From Bacteriovoracia bacterium (lineage in GTDB: Bacteria; Bdellovibrionota; UBA1018; JBFWNL01): a stretch of 64,000 nucleotides of DNA. Numbering within the stretch: the first letter of the stretch is position 1; every line of letters begins with the position of its first letter. Under the pieces are notes generated by a model that worked only from the letters and a program-made list of their open reading frames with translations, did not search any database and was not told the origin of the DNA. This document shows positions 46,094-56,340 of this stretch, piece by piece. A program made the position numbers and the translations under genes. Location: NCBI GenBank assembly GCA_050251055.1, contig JBFWNL010000004.1, positions 192,001 through 256,000 of the forward strand. The letters are read 5' to 3'.

Positions 46094-46264
46094 ATGTCAC
46101 CAAAACAAAAATTGAAGGCGCAAATTCAAGCGTGGATGAGAAAGCTTAAACGCAGTCTTGCAAATGAACAAAAAGCTCATATCTATGCTCACGTACAAGA
46201 CTTTCGAACTTACAAGGATGAGTTAATCAGCAAATACTACCACCTTCTTCCGAGAAATTTTTAA
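46094..46264 (+). CDS. small basic hypothetical protein, 56 aa (MSPKQKLKAQIQAWMRKLKRSL...)
   Basis: Read manually; GAGGAG RBS; stop abuts the next gene. Confidence 0.6.
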   Translation: MSPKQKLKAQIQAWMRKLKRSLANEQKAHIYAHVQDFRTYKDELISKYYHLLPRNF

Positions 46265-46648
46265 GTGCGGATGTCTTTACCCTGGGCGGAGGAGATCGCA
46301 ACAGACCCCAGAAAAATCCAAGAGCTGATCGAAAATAAAGCTTTGGAAGATTGGTATTCAGAACATTCAGGAGAGTCAAAAGTGCGGAAAGTCGACGATT
46401 CTACATTCAGTTTCCTTTCGAATGAAAAACGCAGAATTCGAAAATTCATTTCCAAGCTTTCGGATGTGGAGCAAGTCATCGTGTATTTACGCTATTGGGA
46501 AAATCTCATGACGATCGAAATCGCATCCGTTGTAGGACTTTCTGAAAATAAAATTCATGACCTTTTAGAGCGTGCCATAAAGAAACTTAGAATTTTTTAC
46601 ATTCAGGAATTGAGCAGAGTGCAAGCCACAGCGCTTGCCTGCGTATGA
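46265..46648 (+). CDS. second sigma-70 region-4 domain protein
   Basis: LSDVEQVIVYLRYWENLMTIEIASVVGLSENKIHDLLERAIKKLR. Confidence 0.8.
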   Translation: MRMSLPWAEEIATDPRKIQELIENKALEDWYSEHSGESKVRKVDDSTFSFLSNEKRRIRKFISKLSDVEQVIVYLRYWENLMTIEIASVVGLSENKIHDLLERAIKKLRIFYIQELSRVQATALACV

Positions 46649-46703
46649 AGGACACTTACATTTTTATTCATCAACAGAATTTTAATTCAAAGGATTTTAA
46701 TTA

Positions 46704-47072
46704 ATGGAAAATACCGAACAACGAAATGATCGTGGACATGAACTTTTTTGGATGAACCCCGTGACGGGAAAACGCCTTCATGCAGGCAAAGCTTTTTATG
46801 ATGAGAAGTTTTGCGAATATCGACTCAAAATCGATGAAGCCTCTGAAGAGAAACAATATTATTTGAAACCCATCGGCCTCATCAACGACGAGCTTCGCTA
46901 TCGCTTAGAACAGGTCATCAAAAAGGGCGGAAAGTTTCATCACCGCGAAGAAAAGGGAGATGGGAAAAGTAGCGATGCCACCGGAGGCGAAGTCTATATC
47001 GATTTTGGCTCCAGCATGAAAGTGCTCGTGCTCAGTTTCAATCCCCATTCCAAGAGAAAGGACGTTGCTTAA
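46704..47072 (+). CDS. hypothetical protein (ICE backbone)
   Basis: ORF with RBS inside the tra operon. Confidence 0.6.
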   Translation: MENTEQRNDRGHELFWMNPVTGKRLHAGKAFYDEKFCEYRLKIDEASEEKQYYLKPIGLINDELRYRLEQVIKKGGKFHHREEKGDGKSSDATGGEVYIDFGSSMKVLVLSFNPHSKRKDVA

Positions 47073-47077
47073 AAAAC

Positions 47078-47380
47078 ATGACCAAGTCCACATACGGTTG
47101 GGTTTTTATGATCGGATTTATCGGAATGCTTTCACTGATGCTCTTAAGTGAGCCTGCGATGGCGTTTGGCTTTGAAAGTAAAATGCAAAATCTCACAGGC
47201 CAGCTCATCAATACGGTGCTGCCTTTAATGTCGATTCTAGGTCTTGTGTACGCAGCGATTCTCGCGCTTTCGGGCGATGCCGCTGCCAAAGCAAAAATCA
47301 TTACGGTGATCGCTGTCTCTGTGGTCGGGTTTCTCGCTCCCGCCATCATTCAGTGGTTACAACGCGCGACGGGTAACTAA
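47078..47380 (+). CDS. VirB2/TrbC-like pilin
   Basis: Signal peptide ending PAMA, two hydrophobic helices, position before virB3/virB4. Confidence 0.75.
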   Translation: MTKSTYGWVFMIGFIGMLSLMLLSEPAMAFGFESKMQNLTGQLINTVLPLMSILGLVYAAILALSGDAAAKAKIITVIAVSVVGFLAPAIIQWLQRATGN

Positions 47381-47698
47381 ATGGAAGAACTTCGTAGTTC
47401 GACAATTCATCGAAATCTCGATTCCAAAATCAAGATCGTGGGCATGGAGGTCCACGATCTCCTTTTGGTTTTGATTTTAGCAGCGACCATGAATCTTCTT
47501 TTTGGAAGAACGAGTTTCGCTTTTATTTTTGTGATCGTTCTTCCAGGAATTTTGGGACTCACACTTTATTTTGTGAAACGAAATAAGCCCGAAGGCTTTT
47601 TATCAGACTACGTTCGCTATCATCTTTCGCCCGGTTGGTTTTCGGCAGGAATGAATGTCAAAGATTTCGAAACTAGACCAAGGAAAATTTATTCATGA
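47381..47698 (+). CDS. VirB3-like membrane protein
   Basis: IHRNLDSKIKIVGME, two TM helices, KRNKPEGFL; position. Confidence 0.7.
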   Translation: MEELRSSTIHRNLDSKIKIVGMEVHDLLLVLILAATMNLLFGRTSFAFIFVIVLPGILGLTLYFVKRNKPEGFLSDYVRYHLSPGWFSAGMNVKDFETRPRKIYS

Positions 47699-47868
47699 AC
47701 GAAATGATTCCAACGAAATTTAAGTTCGATGGTTTGAAAACAAAGTGCTTCGAGATCCTTTCCTTTGTGCCCATCGTGCTTTGTTTTCTAGGTTGGCTCG
47801 CTCTCGTCATCGGCTTCTTTATGGAGGCCTCGAAATTCGTAGAACTTCAGCAGGGACTTCCGCGATGA
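47695..47868 (+). CDS. 57-aa single-TM protein between virB3 and virB4
   Basis: Read manually: MNEMIPTKFKFDGLKTKCFEILSFVPIVLCFLGWLALVIGFFMEASKFVELQQGLPR; ATGA overlaps at both ends. Confidence 0.6.
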   Translation: MNEMIPTKFKFDGLKTKCFEILSFVPIVLCFLGWLALVIGFFMEASKFVELQQGLPR

Positions 47869-50297
47869 ATTTTACATCACGCGCCTTAGCGGACCGGATT
47901 CCGCTTTGGCATTTTGAAGGGAATTCCGCTGTATTTTCGGACGGCTCACTCGGAGCAGGCTTCAAACTCAAAGGTTTTGATGCCAGTGTTTCCGGCGTTG
48001 AAAGTTTTAATCAATTTGCTTTTGCGCTTGAAAACCTCATTCATACGGCTAGGGAAGGTTTGACGTTACAGCTTTATTACAAGGTGGGTCATGATGTCTC
48101 ACTTCTTCTCCATAAACACGAGGAGCTAACAGGATCAAAAGAAGGGGCCTATCAAGAAGTGGCGTACGCTCGTTTTGAAGATCTTCAAGCGAGAGCCAAG
48201 CAAGGAAAATTCTTTCAGGCGGATATTTATCTTTTTATTCGCAGTGAGGGCCAAAAATATCAGAAGAAGAAATTTTGGGAGGCTGAAAAGAAGTTTATTG
48301 CGCTGACTCAAAAGCAATTTTTAGAACAAAAAGAAAAATTTGAGCGCGATCTAAAACAAATGGAATCGTCTCTGACTCAGGCTGGCTTAGAACCGATCGC
48401 TCTGAATGCGCGAACATGGGTCCGTCTTTTGTTTGATTCGCTGAATCCGGGCCGCGCGGATAAAATTGGATATCCTCAGTTCAACTTCGAGGATGAAGTT
48501 TTTCCTCAACCCATTTCGCAGCAAATTCTTTTGTCGGATGTGATCGTCAACGAAGAAAGCGTTCAGATTAACGAAGAGCATTTAAAGTGCTTGAGTCTCA
48601 AAACTCTTCCCGAGGCGAAGTCTACGATTGGCATGGTGCTTCCACTTCTGGAATTGCCCTTTGCGTATGAAATCTCCCAAACCATCAAAATTTGCGATCA
48701 GAAGAGAGAAATCGATAAACTCCACGTTCAAAGGCGTGTCACGCATTCCTTTGCGAGTGGTTCCGGAAAAATGAGTGATTTGGAGTCCGAATCAAAACTC
48801 GGACACATCGAGGAACTTATTCGTGAGCTGTTAGAAGGCTCCGAAAAAATTGTGGCTTCGAGTGTCAATGTTCTCATCAAAACCAAAGATCGAAATGAGC
48901 TTCAGGAGCGATCCGATGAAGTCTTGAAAGCCTTTCGGTCTGTGAATCAAAGCGAAGGAATCGCAGAAACCCTTGGAACCTTCGATGGTGTTTTAGCATC
49001 GCTTCCAGGCTTGGGGCTCACATTCAGAGATAAGAAAATGAAATCAAGTAACGCGACACACTTGATGTCGCTCTACACCTCATGGGGCGGCAATGCGCGT
49101 CCCATCTGCCTGCTTCCAAATCGCGACGGCGAACTGGTGCGCATCGACCCCTTTGCTTCGAGTCTCCCGAACTGGAATGGCCTTATCTTTGGAGGAAGTG
49201 GTGCGGGAAAAAGTTTTACGATTCTGCATCTCATGCTCATGTTCTATGGGCAAAGGCCAACGCCAAAAATTGTTTGGATTGATAATGGAGCGTCTTCTCA
49301 AAAGCTTCTCGAAGTTTTGGACGGAGAATTCGTTGATCTCAATATTAAATCATCCATCCGAATTAACCCATTTGATTTGGAGCCAGGGCTCGATGCACCA
49401 ACTCCTTCTAAAATCAAACTGATCTTAGCAGTCCTCGAAAGTATTCTGAAAGAAGGTCCGAATACGGGACTTCCCAAGCGGAACAAAGCGCTTTTAGAAG
49501 AAGCTATTTTTCAAATCTATGAAATGAAAAGAGGAGACGTACCGACACTTTCAGATTTGAAAGTCTTTCTGAAGGCTCATTCCAATCTTGAAATGAAAGC
49601 CTATGCGGATACCCTCTTTTCTTGGACGGGAGAAACCGCCTACGGACAAATGCTCGATGGAAAAACGAATATTGCTCTTCAAAAGGATCTGATCACAGTT
49701 GAAACGAAAGGGCTCGATGATTATCCCGATTTGCAAAATGTTTTTCTTTTGCTTTTTACGGATTATATCAAATCAGAAGCATCCCGAGATAAAAGTAGGC
49801 CCTATCTTCTCATTCTCGATGAGGCCTGGAAAATGTTTCAAACGCCAAGTGGACTTCAATTTACGATTGAAGCTTACCGGACGTTTCGAAAATTCTTTGG
49901 AGGAATTTGGTGCATTAGCCAAAATTACAAAGACTTTCTTTTCAATCAGGAAATTAGAAATGCCATTTTTCCGAATACGACGAGCACCTTTGTTTTAAAA
50001 CAGAGAGCGATTGACTGGAAAGATTTTGCGGAAACGCTTCAACTCAATGAAGCAGAGATTGAGGCGATTAAAAGTATCCAGGTAAAAAAAGGGGAATATT
50101 CGGAAATCTTCTTTATGCAAGATACCGGACGATCGATTCTCAGAATCGTTCCTGATCCCTTGGGCTACTATATTTGCACGAGTGATCCCGTCGATAAGAG
50201 TCTTATCGAAGAGCAAAGACAGAAAAATCCAGAGCTTTCACAGCTTGAAGTCTTAAAGCTTCTTGCCAACAAACGAAGGGAACATCTTTATCAATAA
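47865..50297 (+). CDS. virB4: VirB4/TraC-like conjugation ATPase
   Basis: NGLIFGGSGAGKS Walker A, LLILDEAW Walker B, RTFRKFFGGIWCISQ; start ATG 47865. Confidence 0.9.
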   Translation: MNFTSRALADRIPLWHFEGNSAVFSDGSLGAGFKLKGFDASVSGVESFNQFAFALENLIHTAREGLTLQLYYKVGHDVSLLLHKHEELTGSKEGAYQEVAYARFEDLQARAKQGKFFQADIYLFIRSEGQKYQKKKFWEAEKKFIALTQKQFLEQKEKFERDLKQMESSLTQAGLEPIALNARTWVRLLFDSLNPGRADKIGYPQFNFEDEVFPQPISQQILLSDVIVNEESVQINEEHLKCLSLKTLPEAKSTIGMVLPLLELPFAYEISQTIKICDQKREIDKLHVQRRVTHSFASGSGKMSDLESESKLGHIEELIRELLEGSEKIVASSVNVLIKTKDRNELQERSDEVLKAFRSVNQSEGIAETLGTFDGVLASLPGLGLTFRDKKMKSSNATHLMSLYTSWGGNARPICLLPNRDGELVRIDPFASSLPNWNGLIFGGSGAGKSFTILHLMLMFYGQRPTPKIVWIDNGASSQKLLEVLDGEFVDLNIKSSIRINPFDLEPGLDAPTPSKIKLILAVLESILKEGPNTGLPKRNKALLEEAIFQIYEMKRGDVPTLSDLKVFLKAHSNLEMKAYADTLFSWTGETAYGQMLDGKTNIALQKDLITVETKGLDDYPDLQNVFLLLFTDYIKSEASRDKSRPYLLILDEAWKMFQTPSGLQFTIEAYRTFRKFFGGIWCISQNYKDFLFNQEIRNAIFPNTTSTFVLKQRAIDWKDFAETLQLNEAEIEAIKSIQVKKGEYSEIFFMQDTGRSILRIVPDPLGYYICTSDPVDKSLIEEQRQKNPELSQLEVLKLLANKRREHLYQ

Positions 50298-50979
50298 AAA
50301 ATTTATGGTGGGAGTGGTGACGGTACTTTCTTTAAGTATTGTCAGCCGCCCTGTTCGCGCCGATCTCTTTGGTGGCGACGTGGCGGTGCTGACACAAATC
50401 TTGGCGCAGAATATTAAACATTATTACCAGTTTCAGCAGATGATTTCGGAAGCACGCGGACAGCGCGACTTTTGGAGGTTACTGAATGCCGGGATCGATA
50501 ATCTCTCAGGCTTAATGATGGTCATGCCCATTAAGGATCAAAAACTTCTCGAAGAACTCACGACGTTTAAGTCCGCCATGAAAAGAGTGGAAGTGCTCTA
50601 TGGAACCATTCCTGTGAGCGCGGAAGCGCCTCTTCAACTTCTTCATGATCAAACAGTTGCGGAAAGCATCAAACTTACAAATGATTCGAAGGACTATGCG
50701 GATAAGCAAGAACAAAATGCGGTGCGCATTATTGCAGAAACGCGAGGGGCGAGCCCCAAAGGGGCTGCTCGAATTTCGGCCCAAGCGAATGCGGAGATTT
50801 TACATACACTCAATCAACTTTTGAAACTGAATGGTCAAATGCTGAAGCTCCAAAGTGAGCAGCTCGCGGTCAGAAACAAAGAAGAGAAGGATTCGGTTCG
50901 CCACTTTAAACGTGTGCAAGCCGATGTCGGCCATTCTGCATCCACCTACCGAGCGGATCTTGGTTTTCCTAAGTTTTAA
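50263..50979 (+). CDS. VirB5/TrbJ-like exported protein (true start may be slightly downstream)
   Basis: Signal peptide then ADLFGGDVAVLTQIL; helical/coiled-coil; position. Confidence 0.6.
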   Translation: MPTNEGNIFINKKFMVGVVTVLSLSIVSRPVRADLFGGDVAVLTQILAQNIKHYYQFQQMISEARGQRDFWRLLNAGIDNLSGLMMVMPIKDQKLLEELTTFKSAMKRVEVLYGTIPVSAEAPLQLLHDQTVAESIKLTNDSKDYADKQEQNAVRIIAETRGASPKGAARISAQANAEILHTLNQLLKLNGQMLKLQSEQLAVRNKEEKDSVRHFKRVQADVGHSASTYRADLGFPKF

Positions 50980-50981
50980 AT

Positions 50982-51842
50982 ATGTACGACTGGTTACCCC
51001 AGGTCTGTCGCGAGATTCGCGCGGAAATGATTCAAATTTATTGGATTCTCATTATCCCTTTCATGATTGTCTGCGCTCTTTTTATTTTAGCCAAAGGGGG
51101 CGAAGAGGCGGGTGCTGGAGCGAAGCTTCTGAAAAGGACTTTTCTCTCGATCCTTCTTCTTTTGGTCTTTGATGATTGTATGAACTTGATTGCGCAAGTC
51201 GCCGATGGAGTGTCTGAAAAAATTAATGGATTGGCGCAACTCAAAGCCGTTTTGGAAGAGACGGGAAAGGTCATTGAAAATCAAAAGACCGGTTGGCTTG
51301 AGTTTCGGCAGTGGATGATTTTTTTCATCAATTTCTTTGCGTATTGCGTAGCGTATTTAGGATTTTTCTTGGCGGAAGCCATTATTCATTTTGTGTGGGC
51401 GATCCTATATATCGCCTCTCCCTTAATGATTTTGATGTACGTCTCGGAAAAAACGGCTTTCGTCACAGGAAATTTATTTAAGGGACTTATCAATGTGGCG
51501 ACTTGGAAAGTGCTCTGGTCGATTTTGGCCGTCTTGTTACTGAAACTGATGACAACACCTCAGGTGGGTGGTGCCGATAATTTCCTATCGTCCGCCATTA
51601 TGAATCTTTGTGTGGGTATCAGTATGCTTTTTGTGCCTTTCGCCGCGAAATCTCTTATTGGAGACGGAATGTCCGGCATGGCGAATCTTGCCGGGGGGTT
51701 CTCTGCCGGTCTGATTGCGAAACTTACGTATGGCAAAGTGATGGAACTTGGAAAGAAAGGAATTAAGGCGCCGCTTAATTTGCTCACTCCTAAAAAGGGG
51801 GGTCGAGCGAATTACACGAAACCAAAAGGAAATCCTCGATAA
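50982..51842 (+). CDS. VirB6-like polytopic membrane protein
   Basis: Multiple TM helices, YIASPLMIL, Gly-rich tail; position. Confidence 0.7.
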   Translation: MYDWLPQVCREIRAEMIQIYWILIIPFMIVCALFILAKGGEEAGAGAKLLKRTFLSILLLLVFDDCMNLIAQVADGVSEKINGLAQLKAVLEETGKVIENQKTGWLEFRQWMIFFINFFAYCVAYLGFFLAEAIIHFVWAILYIASPLMILMYVSEKTAFVTGNLFKGLINVATWKVLWSILAVLLLKLMTTPQVGGADNFLSSAIMNLCVGISMLFVPFAAKSLIGDGMSGMANLAGGFSAGLIAKLTYGKVMELGKKGIKAPLNLLTPKKGGRANYTKPKGNPR

Positions 51843-52452
51843 CTTATTATTAGGAGAAATTTTGATCACAAATCCTCTGAAAACGGAAAATCAATGGAAG
51901 GAACTCAATCGAACCTTAAACTTTTATAAACTACTCGCCCTTATTTCAGGAAGTGCGGCTCTTCTTTGTCTCATCATGACCATAGGCGGCGCATTTTCAA
52001 ACCCCATCGTCGTGATGAAGAATGAAACAGAGCATTGTTTCGTAAAAGCCAACAAGGAGGCGATTGATATTACGGACAATGATGTCACGGAGTTTGTACG
52101 CGACTGGGTCGTCACTCGCTATGAATGGGAAACACTTAATGAAGAAAAACTCATTCGAAGTTTGTCTCCCTTTACGAGTGAGGGTCTTCTTCAGAAAATT
52201 CGCGAGCAATTTAGGAGTGGCGCTGAGAAAGAGTTTAAAGAAAAACAAGTTTCTCAATATGTTTCTAAAAGCATCCGCGTGAAACTTGCGGACAAACAGG
52301 TGCTCGTGAACTTCGATCGAATTTTACGAGTGAATAATATTCCTCTGATTGATCCCGCCCAAATGAGTTTTACTTTAGTGCGCGGAACGAAATCTAAAGT
52401 GAATCCTCAAGGGATTTATGTGAATGGAATCACCGAACATAAATCAAACTGA
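51748..52452 (+). CDS. VirB8/TraK-like bitopic protein (true start probably ~51860)
   Basis: One TM helix, FVRDWV..RY, C-terminal NPQGIYV motif typical of VirB8. Confidence 0.7.
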   Translation: MERKELRRRLICSLLKRGVERITRNQKEILDNLLLGEILITNPLKTENQWKELNRTLNFYKLLALISGSAALLCLIMTIGGAFSNPIVVMKNETEHCFVKANKEAIDITDNDVTEFVRDWVVTRYEWETLNEEKLIRSLSPFTSEGLLQKIREQFRSGAEKEFKEKQVSQYVSKSIRVKLADKQVLVNFDRILRVNNIPLIDPAQMSFTLVRGTKSKVNPQGIYVNGITEHKSN

Positions 52453-53153
52453 TGAAATATCTTATTGTGGTGTGGATAGCGGTATTTTTTCTTTTTGCTT
52501 CTCAAGCAAGAGCTGCTGTGCGAACAGTGGATGCAAGCGAGCGGTCGATGACGCCCATTTTTTTAAGTCTTGGGCGCTCGACCGTGTTGAGGTTTCCCGA
52601 GAAGCCTCGAAAAGTCGTTCTTGGAAATAAAAACTATTTCAATATTGAATTTATTGAAAACGATGTGGCGATCCAACCGCTTGGTGTGGTGACGACAAAC
52701 CTCTTTGTGTACGGCGAAGCGCATAGCTTTGGCTTTATACTTCATTCGGGCGGAGGCGCCGACGATTTGGTCCATGTGCGATGGGCTTTGCCAACTGAAC
52801 TTAAGACCCATCTTCAATCTCAAGTCGTTCAAATCAGAAAAATCGGAAAGCAGTTCTCCATTGGAAAAAAACTTCAGCTTCGCTTAGAGCGACTCGCTCA
52901 ACTGCGATCGAAAAATCTTTTTTGGGTAGAAGCTTTGCTTCTTTCGCATGAGGAAAAAACAATCTCCGTGAAAGAAGTTTCGGTGAATCTTTTTGAGGGG
53001 AGCCGAGAAGTGAAAGCCAAATGGGTTTGCCAGAAGGATGCCTTGGAACCTCTTCAGGGAAATCCTTGTCGTTTGTTCTTACCGAATTCCAAAACAGGGG
53101 GCTATACACTCAAAGTCAAATATCACGGCACGAATGTGCAAGTGAGTTTTTAA
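52452..53153 (+). CDS. VirB9/TrbG-like protein
   Basis: Signal peptide, LGRSTVLRFPEKPRKVVLGN, IQP...TNLFV. Confidence 0.7.
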   Translation: MKYLIVVWIAVFFLFASQARAAVRTVDASERSMTPIFLSLGRSTVLRFPEKPRKVVLGNKNYFNIEFIENDVAIQPLGVVTTNLFVYGEAHSFGFILHSGGGADDLVHVRWALPTELKTHLQSQVVQIRKIGKQFSIGKKLQLRLERLAQLRSKNLFWVEALLLSHEEKTISVKEVSVNLFEGSREVKAKWVCQKDALEPLQGNPCRLFLPNSKTGGYTLKVKYHGTNVQVSF

Positions 53154-53156
53154 TTT

Positions 53157-54107
53157 ATGAAATCTTTAAAATGGAAAGTGTCAGATCTGACGGATGGGGT
53201 GAGAGCGAAATTAAAAAAACTGAAAGAGAACCTTTACATTCAAGACGGACAAAAACGCCGCCTGAATGGTTGGTTCATTGCTCTTATGGGCATTCCTCTA
53301 TTGATCACGGGCGCACTCGTGAATACCTTTTGGGAACGCAAGGATACAAGCTACCTCGCTCAAAGTTCGGACGTTCCTAAAATATCGGAGACGGAGCCAG
53401 AAAAAACTATTGGCCCCGGGAATCAGAACTCCCATTCGTCCGTAGTTCTACGGGAAGAAAGCGCCATGTCGTCACGCACAGTCTCTACAGGAATGAAGCT
53501 TCGGTATTCAGCGAAACAAGTGATTGATCGTTTTTCTGGAATGCCTGCTGGAACAAATTTTATCGGGAAACTCATTACAGGCATCGACACGCGAGACCCA
53601 AGTCAGATGGTCAAAGTCGCGCTGCCCTATGGAGTGGTCTACCAAGGCTCGAGAAATATCGAACGCGGTGCAGCGCTTATGGGCTCAGCTCAATATACAG
53701 GCAACGGCGACAAGGTGTTTATTAGATTCAATCGTCTGATCAACACCGATGGCACCGAATATCCTGTTCAAGCCCAGGCCCTTAACAGTCGCGATTTCAC
53801 TGCCGGGATCAGCGGGGATCTCAACACCAATATGGATTCTCGCATGATGGCTGCGATGGGGCTTAAAATGATCGCCGCAGGTTCGGATGTGCTTGTTGAA
53901 AAAGAATCATTAGGCAACAGCTTTCAACCAACTCCAAAGTCCTCTCTTAAAAATGCAGCGATCGCAGGCGTTTCAGAGGCAACTGAGATGGAAGCGGAAC
54001 GAAGGCTCTCTCAAGCAGGCTCCCAAGAGGACTACGTGATCGTGGAACCTGGTGTCGAAATGATCATCAGTCTCATGGAACCCTTTCGTGGAGAAGCTCG
54101 ACCTTGA
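53157..54107 (+). CDS. VirB10/TrbI-like protein
   Basis: N-terminal TM helix, PAGTNFIGKL, VFIRFNRLI, GISG, IVEPG. Confidence 0.75.
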   Translation: MKSLKWKVSDLTDGVRAKLKKLKENLYIQDGQKRRLNGWFIALMGIPLLITGALVNTFWERKDTSYLAQSSDVPKISETEPEKTIGPGNQNSHSSVVLREESAMSSRTVSTGMKLRYSAKQVIDRFSGMPAGTNFIGKLITGIDTRDPSQMVKVALPYGVVYQGSRNIERGAALMGSAQYTGNGDKVFIRFNRLINTDGTEYPVQAQALNSRDFTAGISGDLNTNMDSRMMAAMGLKMIAAGSDVLVEKESLGNSFQPTPKSSLKNAAIAGVSEATEMEAERRLSQAGSQEDYVIVEPGVEMIISLMEPFRGEARP

Positions 54108-55567
54108 AGGAAGCTCCTTTAAGGAAGGGACTTTTTCAGCTCAGAAAGATTATTAGCGCTGGACTGTCTCAGAATGGAAAAGGCTATCGATTCTATTTAA
54201 TAGCGGTAGCCTTTGCTGCCGGTGCTCTTATCTTTGCTCAGCGCCACGGGATGGAAGTGAAGTGGCTTTATTGCCATTCACATTACACAGGTCTTGTAAA
54301 AAATCTGTGTCAGACTCAAGGATGGCTTTTTCCACTCCTCCTAGGAAGTGTTGTCACCATTATGGCTTTGATTCTTTCGTCGTTTAGTGCCGGTCTCTTT
54401 CATCTGAAAAAGATCTGGAAACTTATTCGTTATCAAAAGGCATTTGAGACGATTGGACTTAAAAATGCCCAAGGAGAATACCCATTAGCAATTGATCTTC
54501 ATGAAAAGAAAGATCGCACCGAGTGTCTAACGGTAAAGTCCAAAGGAATTGGGATTGATCGCTATAAAGAAAAGATTCGAGATCTTGAAGCAGCGCTTGG
54601 ATTGGGAATCGACACTTTTGAAACTGGGATGAACCCAAGTATCGTGCGAATCTCTCTTTTTGGATCTGTTCTGCCCCGCCTCTGTGATTTCGAAAAACTG
54701 AAAGACGAACTTAGCGTTTCGTACAGTTTTTTGGTGGGAAGGAGTTCACGGGAAACCCTTGTTCAGAGCATTCTTTCTCTTCCACATATGATCATTGCGG
54801 GAATGACGGGTGGAGGGAAATCGGTCTTCTTTAAACAAGTATTACTCGGCCTTCTTTTCTCATCGCCACGCATTCAAATGTACCTGTTCGATTTGAAAGG
54901 AGGTGTGGAGATGAATGTCTTTTCACTCCTTCCGAATATACGGGTTTATAAGAGTGCGGATGAAGCGGTTCTCGCTCTTCAAAAAATCAATAAGGAAATG
55001 GATCGACGGCTCAAATATCTCGCCGAAAAAGGGTTTTCCAAAGTCGATTTCGACCGAGATAAATTCGATATCATCATCGTCGGAGTGGACGAAGCCTCTG
55101 AACTCTACGGGAAAAGCTCAAATAAATCCGAGCAAGAAACAGTTGAAAAAGCGCGGGAGCTCACGGATCGAATCACAAAATTGGCTCGCGCTACTGGCAT
55201 TCATGTGATTCTCGCAACTCAAAAAGTGTTAAAGGAAACGATTGATACAAAAATTCAAGAAAATATTGGAGGTCGAATGGTCTTTCGAATGAATACACTT
55301 CAAGGCTCCTTGAGTGTGCTTGGAAATAAAATGGCTCTCGATCTTCCAGACACTGCCGGTCGAGCTATCTGGACATCCGGCAGTCGATTTACTGAAGTGC
55401 AAGCTCCTTATTTATCGGAGGAAAACTTGAAAAAATATTTAAAGCAAATGGCATCAGATTTTGAGGAAGGCGAAAGGAAGAACTACGGAACGATGCTGGA
55501 AGTGATGACCACTCCCAACTCGATTTATGAAACTCCAACAAACCTCGAAGACATTAGTAAACGATGA
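54104..55567 (+). CDS. FtsK/SpoIIIE-type coupling protein (TcpA-like)
   Basis: Two TM helices; PHMIIAGMTGGGKS, DLKGGVE, EMDRR, VDEASEL, ARATGIHVILATQ. Confidence 0.88.
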   Translation: MKEAPLRKGLFQLRKIISAGLSQNGKGYRFYLIAVAFAAGALIFAQRHGMEVKWLYCHSHYTGLVKNLCQTQGWLFPLLLGSVVTIMALILSSFSAGLFHLKKIWKLIRYQKAFETIGLKNAQGEYPLAIDLHEKKDRTECLTVKSKGIGIDRYKEKIRDLEAALGLGIDTFETGMNPSIVRISLFGSVLPRLCDFEKLKDELSVSYSFLVGRSSRETLVQSILSLPHMIIAGMTGGGKSVFFKQVLLGLLFSSPRIQMYLFDLKGGVEMNVFSLLPNIRVYKSADEAVLALQKINKEMDRRLKYLAEKGFSKVDFDRDKFDIIIVGVDEASELYGKSSNKSEQETVEKARELTDRITKLARATGIHVILATQKVLKETIDTKIQENIGGRMVFRMNTLQGSLSVLGNKMALDLPDTAGRAIWTSGSRFTEVQAPYLSEENLKKYLKQMASDFEEGERKNYGTMLEVMTTPNSIYETPTNLEDISKR

Positions 55568-56316
55568 ATATTCGGGTTCCAAATGTTGTTCATACGGAGC
55601 GCGATCAGTCCCTTCTGCATTATTTATTTTTAAATAAGGTAGCGACCTTTCAGCAGATCCATCGCGATCTTTTTAAAGCGGTGAGAAGTTCTGTGCCATC
55701 TAGACATATTGCCAAGCTTCTAAGGCGAGAACTCATCACGAAAGTGCTCGTCAAAATCAATGGGCGATACAGAATCGTTTATGGGCTGGATGATGAAGCC
55801 AAAGAGTTCATTTCATATTTTGATTCTGAACTCCTGGCTGTAAATCAATTGAAAAGTGGAACGATTGGACATGATGTGCAACTTGTCGATGTAAGAGAAC
55901 GATTGCAAAGATTTCCAATGGTGAGATCTATCTATCCGGAAAATGCCCTGCAGTGCCTTCCAGACTTGAGGCAAGATCCGATTTTTATACCTTTCGTGAA
56001 ACTGAGATCGGATTCGGTGCTCGAATTGAGTACGGGCGGTAATCCGGTCTTTGTGGCTCTTGAGCTCGAACTCTCGAAAAAGACTCCGAAGCGTTATGAA
56101 CAAAAAATTTCGGATTACTACAAATGGAAAGCAATTTCGGGTGTTCTGTTCGTGTCCGGCAACCGCGAAATTCAAAGATCTGTTCAGCAGATTGAACAAT
56201 CCGAAAATAGCAATGAGAAGCTAAAGATATTCTATGCCCTTCTTGAAGATGTGCTGAAAGATGGAAATGAAATTACATTTTCAAACTCTTTGGATGGCCA
56301 ATTTGTTCTCGGATAA
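55564..56316 (+). CDS. Replic_Relax family protein (MOBL-like relaxase)
   Basis: TERDQSLL winged-helix N-terminus, HD, SD...ALELELSKKT..RY..KI..Y PD-(D/E)xK-like motif. Confidence 0.75.
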   Translation: MNIRVPNVVHTERDQSLLHYLFLNKVATFQQIHRDLFKAVRSSVPSRHIAKLLRRELITKVLVKINGRYRIVYGLDDEAKEFISYFDSELLAVNQLKSGTIGHDVQLVDVRERLQRFPMVRSIYPENALQCLPDLRQDPIFIPFVKLRSDSVLELSTGGNPVFVALELELSKKTPKRYEQKISDYYKWKAISGVLFVSGNREIQRSVQQIEQSENSNEKLKIFYALLEDVLKDGNEITFSNSLDGQFVLG

Positions 56317-56340
56317 CTGTTATCAGCTTGAATTTCGAGC

